Source: Pristiophorus japonicus (Eukaryota). Taken from it: a stretch of DNA of 64,000 nt. Where the stretch lies: positions 13,206,001 to 13,270,000 of the forward strand of contig NC_091980.1 of NCBI RefSeq assembly GCF_044704955.1, read 5' to 3'. The notes under the pieces were generated by a model. That model saw only the letters and a program-made list of their open reading frames with translations. It ran no database searches and had not been told where the DNA came from. A program made the translations under genes and the position numbers. This document shows, piece by piece, positions 51,381-61,905 of this stretch; within the stretch, counting starts at the first letter, position 1, and every line of letters starts with the position of its first letter.

Positions 51381-51728
51381 CCTCCGGCATCATGCCCGAA
51401 TCCAAAGATGATCAAGACCTCTGCTTTTTCCTCTTTTAACCTAAGGGTTGGTTCACATTCATTTGAGCTAACAGTTATAATCATGCACTCTCAATCCAGA
51501 CTCTACACATTTATCAGCAAAGCAAAGGTACAGGTATATCATTGGCATCGTTTCGAGGCTGTTACCTGCATATAGGGATGTGCAACTAGCAGGTGCAAGC
51601 TTTTCTCTGAGCTCTGTATTGTTCTGTCCTCACAGAAAAGTGAATGTTGCTAATATATATCGAAATATCCCACAGTGCCTGGTAAGAGTTTTGTGTCATC
51701 TTGGAACTGAAACCGATGCTGTGAGACC

Positions 51729-52216
51729 ATCTCATTGAACAAAATCCAGGGTGATGGGAAAAAAGACAATCAGAATTTTAGAATGTACCATCTGTGAAAG
51801 TGTTGATTAGAGTATACAAATCACTGGTCTATCCGACTTTAACTGGAATTTCGCCTTTTCCAGTATAATTCTGGATCTATGTCCTTTTACCCTACAGCTT
51901 GCAACAATATTGAGGATCTTTCTGTGATCCAGTTCCTTTACTCTCTATAAGTTATTACAAACTGCAATATGATTATGGTAGGCTACTTCTACCCGGTGTA
52001 AGAATCCTCAGAATCCATAGCCGAATCACAATTCGCAACTTAGATGGCCAGAATGTGTTCCTCCTCCCCACTGCCTGGGACCGTTTCACAACTGTATATA
52101 ATAAAAAAGTGGGATAGACCAGTGCTTTGTATAATCTAATCAAAACTTTCACAGATAGTACGTTCTAAAATTCTGTTTGTCTTTTTTCCATCACCCTGGA
52201 TTTTGTTCAATGAGAT
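51729..52216. repeat. Long inverted repeat: arms 51729-51840 and 52106-52216, spacer about 265 nt
   Basis: By-eye alignment of arm 1 with the reverse complement of arm 2 gives about 8 differences in 112 nt. Confidence 0.9.
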
Positions 52217-52518
52217 TTTGTTCTTCGTGCTGTGCATACAATAGAACTCCGAAGTATAGGTGATGGATGCATTTTTGACAGATTATTGAACGATATGTGA
52301 GATAAAATGTGGCATGATCTCTGTGACCCCGGAATGTGCGTGATATATGAAGATGTGTTTTACTGGTTCTTCCTAGTCTTGTGTTCCAATGTTCCTAAGG
52401 ACATTGGGGCATAAATGGAAGAGGTAGTTATGATAGTTTTAGAGTGTATCAGGCTTGTCCACGATTTCCCAAAGCTTGATTAATTGCTTTAGGGAGGCGG
52501 GGAGAAGTTTCCAAAAGG

Positions 52519-52642
52519 AAAAATACTGTGGATGCTGAAAATCTGAAATAGAAAATGCTGGAAACAGTCAGCAGATCAGGAAGTATTTTTGGAGAAAGAA
52601 ACAAATTTAACGTTACATGTTGATAACCTTTCATCAGAACTG
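52519..52642 (-). mobile_element. Penelope-like element terminal-repeat remnant with a degenerate minimal hammerhead motif
   Basis: Minus strand cagttCTGATGAaaggttatcaacatGTAACgtta...gatctgctgactgtttccagcattttc. Family assigned from recalled similarity to fish PLE termini. Confidence 0.6.
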
Positions 52643-53654
52643 CAAAATGATTTTTACCGCTTTTGCTTTAAAATTATCCACACGATTTTGTCTGTTTTTG
52701 ATTCTCCCTGAGTTAGCAAGGGGAGGATGGTGCACGAGTGTGTATCATATTTAACATTATTGTGCCTAATGCTCTTTTTCCACTCGTTTTATATGTAGAT
52801 ATGTCATCTCGGAAGATCACAAGTGCAGAATTGTCCATGAGTTCACATATACTGGGCTGAAATGGCTCATCATGCGTCTTTAGGAAAAGCAGGTTTAGGT
52901 GTACATCTACAAAAAACGTCGAGTAAAATTCTGAAGTCAGCGGGACGACTTACTGCAAATGACACTAAAGTAAAGAGATAGTCTTCACCATTAAGTTTAA
53001 TTTAGACTGCTGAAAAACTACCTTCTAGTATCAATCCATATTTCCAATGTAATTTTTATATCATTTTATTAATAATAATAGTGTCCTCGTGCATCATAAC
53101 ATCCTGGTTCAACAAGGATGTGGAGGCCAATGAGTGAGATTCGACCCTTCTGTGCATTGCGAGATACACAGAATTATGTTAATGTTGGACCACATCAATA
53201 AGGGAGGCAACAATGCAATGATGATCCAGCTTTCCCCACTTAGTGTATTCTGAAAGTATGGCATAATTCTTCTAAATGTCGTATGATTGGTGCCTTACAT
53301 CTAACAGCATATGCTGCATTCAAATCCTTGACCATTAACCGAAAGACAGTGTAATCCGTGGTGCCACCCAGTCACCCCAGGTTTTGAAAATTATTGATCA
53401 TAGGTTGAGTCAAAAAATAAGTTACGAGAAACAAATTTACGTGAAATAACTGAATGTAATGAATGATTTAATAGACAATTGGGGGTGTGGCCGCATCACA
53501 GAACAGTCCCACAATGGCACATTCATTGAGACGTAAATTTTGTCGGTAGTTCTGGACAGCAGACAGTTAAGATCTGCTGTGAAACTGTAGTATAGATTTG
53601 GTTTTAGCAAAGTGGTTAAAAATTGACCAAACTACCAAATTAAATACTTCGTTT

Positions 53655-53817
53655 AATTTTTAGTTGTACAACAATAAATGTAAATATGTTGCGAAGGAAT
53701 AAGAAGACAGCCTCGCTTTAAGAAATGAGCTGTACTCTGATTTGTTGAATACTGTTGTTCGTCTAGTAGCCAATCAGAAGCGAAAATGTGATTGGTGATC
53801 CGGACTGCCCCCTTCCC
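53655..53817 (+). promoter_or_regulatory. Pcdh promoter module for exon 54059
   Basis: GCTTTAAGAAATGA, then CTGATTTG(53737)-25nt-CCAATCAG-10nt-GTGATTGG-TGATCCGGACTGCCCCCTTCCC. Confidence 0.75.
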
Positions 53818-54058
53818 TTTTCATCCTCCATCAGACCAGTGTAAGACTGAATGGCGAGCTGCTGCGTAATTTTTCGCCGGCAATTTTAGGCGAAATGAGA
53901 CGATTTAAAATGAAATAATCTCAGCGATTTTCGAAACAAGTACAGGTACTGTTGCAGAATACGTCCTTCAAATTAAGAAACGATATCTAAATAACTGTTA
54001 TAGGAATTCTGAACGGACCGCTCTTTTCCTGAAACCATTGGGATGATTCGGTGTGGAA

Positions 54059-56530
54059 ATGCGATATAAAATAATTTGGCTGCCAAAATGCCAACTATTG
54101 TTCTACATATTTTCATCATGGAATCTAGTTTCTGGGCAGATTCGTTATTCGATTCCTGAAGAGCTGGAACTGGGCGCCTTTGTTGGGAATATCGCCGCCG
54201 ATTTGGGTTTAGATGTACAGCAGCTCTCGGCTCGCAGTCTACAGATTGTGCCCGGGTCCAGGAAACAGTATTTGGAGGTAAATTTAGACAATGGAATTTT
54301 CTTTGTGAAGGATAAAATAGACAGGGAAGAGCTCTGCGGGCCGAGCCTCACTTGCGTGCTATCCTTGGAGGCTGTGATTCAAAAACCCCTCAATCTGTAC
54401 CACGTTGAAGTGGAAATTCTCGATGTAAATGACAATGCTCCCAGATTTCCAAAGAGCCAGTTCCGCCTTGTAATCTCAGAGCTTGCTGCGACGGGAGCGC
54501 GCTTCCCCCTCGAGTCCGCGCACGATCCGGACGTCGGAATCAACTCCGTACAAACCTACCAGCTCCTCCCGAACGATTATTTTACTCTGGATGTAGAGAC
54601 GCGCAGTGGAGTGAGGGTGTTTCCAGTTCTGATCTTGGAAAGGTCCCTGGATAGAGAAAAGCAATCAGTCCATAGGTTAGTGCTAATTGCCAAGGACGGC
54701 GGATCTCCGGAAAGGTCAAGTACTGCTCAGATCACAGTGGTGGTGCAGGATGCAAACGACAATGCGCCCGTTTTCCCCCAATCGGTTTATAGGGTCACCC
54801 TGTTAGAAAGTGCACCTAAAGGAACTCTGGTAATCATGTTAAATGCTACTGATTTGGATACTGGTTCCAACGGAGAAATAGAATACTCCTTCAGTAGCCG
54901 GACAGCGGCTAGAGTGCCTCAGCTGTTTAGTGTGGATCCGAAAACTGGTGAAATCGTAGTTGAAAGACCTCTGGACTATGAAGAAAGCAATGTATTCGCC
55001 ATTTACGTGCAAGCAGTCGACAAGGGTGTTTTGGCAATCCCCATCTTTTGTGATGTTGTGGTGGATATTATTGACGTGAATGATAACGCCCCTGAAGTGA
55101 CTCTGACTTCTTTGTCTAGCCCAGTTAGTGAAGATGTTCCACCCGGCACGGTAGTTGCCCTGATCAGCGCAGCGGACAAAGATTCTGGAGAAAATGGACA
55201 AGTGCAATGTGAAATAGCAAATACCCTTCCCTTCAAGCTAGACTTATCTTTAAAGAGCTATTATAGACTGCTTACACAACGGCTGCTGGACCGTGAAAAT
55301 GTCTCCAAGTACGACGTTACTGTCACATGTAGGGACGCAGGAAAACCTACGTTAACATCCAACAAAACAATCCTAGTGGAGATTTCCGATATCAATGACA
55401 ACTCTCCCCGCTTTATGCAGCCTTCGTATACCGCTTACGTGATGGAGAACAATATTATCGGGACCTTTATTTTCCAAATGACAGCCTTCGATCCAGATTT
55501 AAACCAGAATGCTCGACTATCCTACTCTATCCTGGTGACTCAGATGCAGGGCCCACCAGCGTCCTCTTATGTATATATTAACTCAGAGAGCGGTGTCATA
55601 TTTTCTCAGCGATCTTTTGACTACGAGCAACTTAAAAGCTTTCAGATCCAAGTTCAGGCACAGGACGCTGGAGTCCCACCACTCACTAGCAAAGTTTCGG
55701 TGGATGTTATTGTCCTTGATCAGAATGACAATGCCCCGGTGATTGTGCACCCACTGCCCGAATTTGGCTCAGTGGTAATGGAGACGGTGTCCCGCTTCGC
55801 TGAACCCGGGTACCTGGTTGCTAAGGTCTCGGCCACCGACGCGGACACTGGCCGTAACGCGCAGCTTTCCTATCAGATTCGGCAAGCTACGGACCCCGGC
55901 CTTTTTACTATTTCAACCGACACTGGCGAAATCTGGACAACCCGCCGTATGGTGAACAGAGATGGCAGAAAACAAAAGTTGTTGATCTTGGTCAAGGATA
56001 ATGGAACACCATCGCTATCCGCCACTGTGACTATCGTCTTATCAGCCGTGGGAGGCGGTACAGAAATGTTATCTGATGCAAGTACTTTGTCTGATGAGCC
56101 TGGGTTAAGTGCTGACATAAGTCTTTACTTAGTGGTATCTTTAGGGATAATATCAACAATTTTTCTCGTGGTTTTAATTACACTGGCTGTCAAGGTCCAT
56201 AAGCGTCGACATGGTTTTGACGATCGCAGTTGTTTTGTAGAGATGTGCTGCTGCTTTCAAGCAAGGAATTCGCTGAATGGGATTCAAAAAGCCAGCCGAA
56301 ACATTCAGATACCTCCCAACTACGTTGAAGTATTTGGAGGAGATCCACTTTCCCAAAGTTTCCGCTACGAGACGTGCTCAACTTTAAATTCGACCAAGAG
56401 GGAAGTGCTGTTTCCCGAACTGTGCCCTTCATCCTCGGAGAAGAATTACTTCAACGGCGAAGCAACGGGGAAGGAAGAAGCCCCAGTAAAAACGAAGGCT
56501 ACAAACAATAGGAGTACTGTAAATAGCGAG
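54059..56530 (+). CDS. Clustered protocadherin variable exon, intact (824 codons to the donor), second subfamily
   Basis: ATG at 54059; six cadherin repeats; EC1 DREELCGPSLTC; TM; cytoplasmic CCC...PPNYVEVFGGDPLSQSFRY; donor GAG|GTGAGG. Confidence 0.96.
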
Positions 56531-58044
56531 GTGAGGTACTGGTAATGAACAACTCACGGGTTTGGTTTGGGCCCACAGGTAGCCAGCAAAACATACCGTC
56601 ACAAGATTAGTTACCATGCCCTATCCAGCCTCCAGGCAGTGTTTCATAATGCGCTAAGTTTCTTGTGCAGCTCGTATTTGCAGCTTTTTAGATTAGTAAT
56701 ACAATCCTCTACAATCCCCTCCTTCCTCCTCCACTCCACACAGAGTACGTGCAATATTCCGTGCAATGACATCATAAAGTCGCTAAGCATAAAATCGAAA
56801 CATAAACCATATCTCAGAGAATGAATAAGTTCGGATCGATTTCCTGCTGCCACCGAATTACTGATCCTACTCGAGCTGGGCTCACGCCGAACTCGATCAA
56901 CGATAAGGTGCGATAAAGTATCCATAATTAATGTGGGAGAATTCGTAAATATCAGCTTGAGTAAGAGTATCCTGAACAGTTTATGTTAGTGGTGGTGATA
57001 AGAGGGAAATTTGAAAACTTTAACTGTTTTACTTTATTTTAGTTCATTACTTTTTGTTGGCTGTCAATGGGTGGGATGGGTCTAATTAATAGGACAATCC
57101 TGCATTGCCAGCTCAAGTGTAGCACCGCGAGATGGAGCAGCAAGTGTGCAGCCGTAACAGTCGCCAACTTATAGTGATGAGTAGCTAGTAGATGTAATGT
57201 CAGTTCCATATTTTTGTCCTTTCAAGGAAGGCTGAGCTCGGTTTGGGTGTTTACACACATATACATTGCTCAATGACATATGGCTAACATATGGTTCAAT
57301 TTTGAAGACAGCAGAGAGCATAAGGAACAGCCTACCTTTGGCTAACAGTAAAGAAGATGCGTAATTATGTTGGGTGGATACCTATTGCAGTTGCTATGCC
57401 GCCGCTATCAAGCCGCAGTGGCGTGAGACCACGCCTTATTCAACAGGGATTGATTGGGCCGAACGGCCTGTTGCCGTTTTTGTAACTTTTATGCAATTCA
57501 ATGCAATTTCAATGTACAAATACCAAAACGTGCAAAATACAAGGTTGAAATATGCGCCAACCGCGTGCGATAGCACACCATCGGAGAAAAGGGGACAGTT
57601 TTGCCTGTGGGGCCACAAGAGCCCAGCAAGGAACTGTACTGAAAGACCGCTATGAACGAACTTAAGCACTATTTTGTTTGAGATTAGCAGCAGTTTTGAT
57701 TTGCGACAACTGAAATCTAACAATACAACACGGAATATCGGTGGGTGAGCTGATTCCAGAGCGCGCTACATTGATCAGGTAGACTTGTATCATCGGACTT
57801 CACAGACATTACTGATAAACCACAGTGTCACGTCAATTTCAAAACAATATACATTTTGAATCGTTTTACTATCAGCAGAGAATCGGCGGCTTCTTCTAAT
57901 CTCTTCTAACTGGAGTTTAGAAATATTGAATGGAGTTCTCTACACATGCATAAACACGTGGAAAAATGTCGGTGCTTCTGCAGAGAGTACACAGGAGAAC
58001 ACAGTACAACTCCAATCAGTTCCCCAGAAAGCTAGCGATCAAAA

Positions 58045-59165
58045 AGAATACAACAACAACTTGTATTTATATAGCGCCTTTAATGTAGTAAAACGTCCCA
58101 AGGTGCTACAAAGGAATGTTATAGGACAGAACAAATAAATTTGATACCGAGACGCAGAAGAAGAAATTACGGCAGATGATCAAAAGCTTGGTCAAAGAAA
58201 TAATGCTTAAGAAGCATCTTAAAGGATGAAAGAGACGTAGAGTGGCGAAGAGGTTTAGGACGAGAGTTCCAGAGCTTAAGGCCCAGGCAGCTGAAGGCAC
58301 GGCCACCAATGGCTGAGCAGTTATACTAAACGATGCCCAAGAGGGCAGAATGTGAGGAATGCAGATATCTCGGGGGGGTTGTGAGGCTGAAGGAGATTAC
58401 AGAGATAGGAAGGGGCGAGGCCATGGAGGGATTTGTAAATTAGGATGAGAATTTGATATCGAGGCATTGCTTAACTGGGAGCCAGTTTAGGACAGCGAGC
58501 ACAAGGGTAATGGGAGAGCAGCACGGTGCGAGTTAGGACATGGGCTGCCGGGTTTTGGATGACCTCAAGTTTATATAGGGTAGAACGTGGAAGGCCAGCC
58601 AGATGTGCTTTGGAGTAGTCAAGTCTAGAGGTAACAAAGATAGGGATAAGGGTTTCAGCAGCAGATGAGCTGAGGCAGGGGCAGAGACAGACAATGTTAC
58701 AGAGGTCGAAATAGGCGTTTTAGTTATGCCATGAATATGTGGCCGGAAACTCATTTCAGGGTCGAATATGACACCTAAGTTGTGAACAGTTTGTTTCAGC
58801 CTCAGACAGATGCTAGGGAGAGGGATGGACTCGATGGCTAGGGAATGCAGTTTCTGGTGGGGACCAAAGACAATGGCTACGATCTGCCCAATATTTAATT
58901 GGATAAAATTTCTGCTCTTCCAGTACTGGATGTCGGATAAGCAGTCTGACAAATAGAGACCAAGGAGGGGTCGAGAGAAGTGGTGATGAGGTAAAGCTGG
59001 GTGTCCTTAGCACACATGTCGAAGCTGATGTCATGTTTTCAGATGATGTCGCAAAGAGGCAGCATATAGATGAGAAACAGGAGTGGTCAAGGATAAATCC
59101 TTGGGAGACACCAGAGGTAATGATGCAGGAATCCATTGCAGGTGATTTTCTGGCTATGATTAGAT
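58045..59165 (-). mobile_element. L2-clade LINE 3' portion
   Basis: Minus ORFs 58533-58952 (DCLSDIQYW.SRNF.QLNIG, NLGVIFDPEMSFRPHI) and 58813-59232 (TSGVSQG); tail (aac)n ttgtatttatatagcgccttt. Confidence 0.85.
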
Positions 59166-59549
59166 CGATAAGAATGAACTTTTCTGTAATATCTGGCCCC
59201 TGACAGCAAATAGACATGGTGATTCCATCCAATTAGTCTGGGATCAATTCAAGCCCGTGACCAAAGTCAAAAGGACAGTGTGCTAATGCAATGTGCCAAC
59301 GTTATCTCCAGGATTTGAATGTTATGCAGCACAAGTTGACTGGAAGATCGAATAAATAACATCAAATTGCGCAATTACACAAGGAGAGTGGAGGTTTAGC
59401 TGAACCACCCTAATTTATCACAATGAAATATTCATTGAGACCTGTTAATATTTTTCAGAGTTCGAGACAGCAACTATAATCAGAGCACTTAGGGAAATAA
59501 CAACAATATATTCAGTTTTGCAATTCAAAAAAGTAAAGCGTGGCGCTGG

Positions 59550-61200
59550 TAATAACACACCAGTTGCCTTAACGTCCAATGTTGTAAAATACATGAGAAC
59601 CTTTTGTAGGCTCCTACAGCTGAGAACTGGGAATCCCAGGTATACAAGAAGGTTTTAGAAATGATAATCTGCACTTTACAAATACAACGGAATTATTTGA
59701 GATGTAACTAAATTAAGATAAACCAGTAGATGTATTGTATTTAGATTTTCAGCAGTCAACAAGGTTTGACAACAGACCAGAAGTGAGATTGGTTGCAGAG
59801 ATTAAGTCTCGCGGAATAAGTTGCACATATTCTAGATTCAATGAAAATTGGCTTAGTACCAGAAGACAGAGGTCGGTGCTAACTGATTGCAGTTATATTG
59901 TACAAGGATATTTTCTTCGATCTCCACTGTACACAATGTGTGTAAATCACGAGGCCAAGATATAGTAGTGTTAACAATGTTCCCAGTGACACAAAAATAT
60001 GTGGGCAGGTCGTGAGTTGAAAGAAACTTGATTATTTTCCATCAGACGTGCACTAAATTTAAAAATGGGTTTGAAGTATGAAAGGTGTGCAACAAAGTAA
60101 GATAATACATGTTTGAGCTGAATCAGTAAGCCAATCTACAACAATAAAAAGAAAACTTGGATTCATATTGCGCCTTTTACGACAACCAAATGACTCAAAG
60201 TGCTTTAGAGCACATTAAGTATTTTTGGAATATAGTTTCTGTTGTAATGTAGGAATCAGTGCAGCCCATTTCCACACATTAAGCTCCCACAAACAGCAAC
60301 GTGATAATAACCAGATAATCTGTTTTTGTCATGTTGATTCAGGGATAATTATTGTCCAGGACACTGGGGAGACGTGCGCTGCTCTTCTTCAAAATAGTGC
60401 CATGGGATCTTTTACATTCACTTGAGAGAGCAGACAGGCCGTGGTTTAATGTCTCATCGGAAAGACGGTACCACCGACAGTGCAGTACTGCCTCACCACT
60501 GCACTGGATTGTTATCTTAAACTTTTGTGCTCAAATCTCTAGAGTGGGACTTGAATCCACAACCATCTGACTCAGAGAGACGAGTGCGACCCATTGATCC
60601 ACAGCTAACACTCTAAGCAAGAAAAACATAAATACGGGAGGGATCATTGATCCTAACCTGAACACATCTAGTCAGTGTAAAAGAATTGAGGAATAAGGGA
60701 AATCGAGAATCCAGAAATACCTGGAAGATATTGGTTTACAAGGCGTAATATGTTATTCTGACATTGTACAAATTAACCTTATTACCTGATCTGAAGTATG
60801 GCCTGCAGTAATGGTCACGCTACCTCTAAAAGATTTCACCTGAATTAAAAAGGCTTGAAGGGTGACGGTGGTGATTTTACAAATTCTGAGATTAAGGTTT
60901 GATGAAAGACTTAGGGAACTGCATTTATTTTGGTTTGGAAATGAAGATTGAGGCGGAATTTATGCGAGCCTTTAAAATATTGAGAGCTATAAGCTAAACT
61001 TAAGGTAACAAACTACTTAAGTTGGACCCGAGTTTAAGACTAGTGTATGTAAGGATAAAATTATCAAGATTCGAGCAAGATTAGAAAAAGACATTTGTTT
61101 CACAAGTTCGTGGATGGGTGGCGGAGAGAAAAGTGTTGATTTGAGGTCAAAAAACAGCATTATAAGTTGTCTGAATGTATATCCGTTTGGAAGCGACAAG
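59550..61200 (+). mobile_element. Very old CR1 remnant interrupted by a SINE
   Basis: gtagatgtattgtatttagattttcag (VDV.YLDFQ), gatctgaagtatggcctgcagtaatggtcac and other decayed ORF2 blocks in the expected order. Confidence 0.55.
60145..60612 (-). mobile_element. tRNA-derived Deu-domain SINE (SacSINE1-like), near full length
   Basis: Minus strand starts gtgttagctgtggatcaatggg (A-box-like)...ggattcaagtcccac (B-box-like), has a central conserved domain and an L2-type 3' tail. A second copy is at 16355-16745. Confidence 0.8.
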
Positions 61201-61487
61201 AGCAGAAGTAATCTTAATAGTACCGACTGATAGTGTTTATGGGAGGACTAGGAAATAATTTATTCCTCCTTAAGTAGGAATTAACAGGTGGTAGGGTTTG
61301 GAAAAGTGTGATTGAATAATCACTCAGAATAGGAATGCAATTGAATGAATGTGACCAACGATATGTGCTTTAATATCTTCTCGCAGATGTTTGATAGCTG
61401 TTCTATCACATATTCCTTGAAGTTGAATTTGAGCTATGTTCTCGCAACAGATAGAAATGTCCACAATAGTAAAATAAAGTGTATTTT

Positions 61488-61646
61488 CATTTTTAGTTGT
61501 GCAACTATAAATATAAATAGTTGCGCTGGCTTCAGACCGTCCTGCTTTAAGAAATGAAGAGAATTCTGATTGGTTAAATTTCAATGTGCCTCTGTTCGCC
61601 AATCAGAAGCTGAGATGTGATTGGTGATCCGGCCAGCCCCCTTCAC
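61488..61646 (+). promoter_or_regulatory. Pcdh promoter module for exon 61906
   Basis: GCTTTAAGAAATGA, then CTGATTGG(61566)-25nt-CCAATCAG-10nt-GTGATTGG-TGATCCGGCCAGCCCCCTTCAC. Confidence 0.75.
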
Positions 61647-61905
61647 TACCCAGCCACCATCACGTAAGATCAGACGCAGTGTAACATTGGAAAGCGAGCA
61701 GCTCCGTTCGTATAGTTCACGAATCCACTGCCAATTTTTGGCGAAATGAGAAGATTTTAATGAAAAAATTCGAGCGATTCACAAAAGGTGCAAGTATTTA
61801 GTACATCGTAGTTCTTCGACTTAAAAAATAATCCAAATAACTGTTAAAAGGATAATGAATGGTGCGGTCTCGTATTGAAAAAAATTGGGATGCGTTACGC
61901 TGGAA

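Noticed and set aside
60540-60612. tRNA gene
   Set aside because: The A/B-box-like sequence is the head of a SINE and continues into the SINE body; no convincing cloverleaf.
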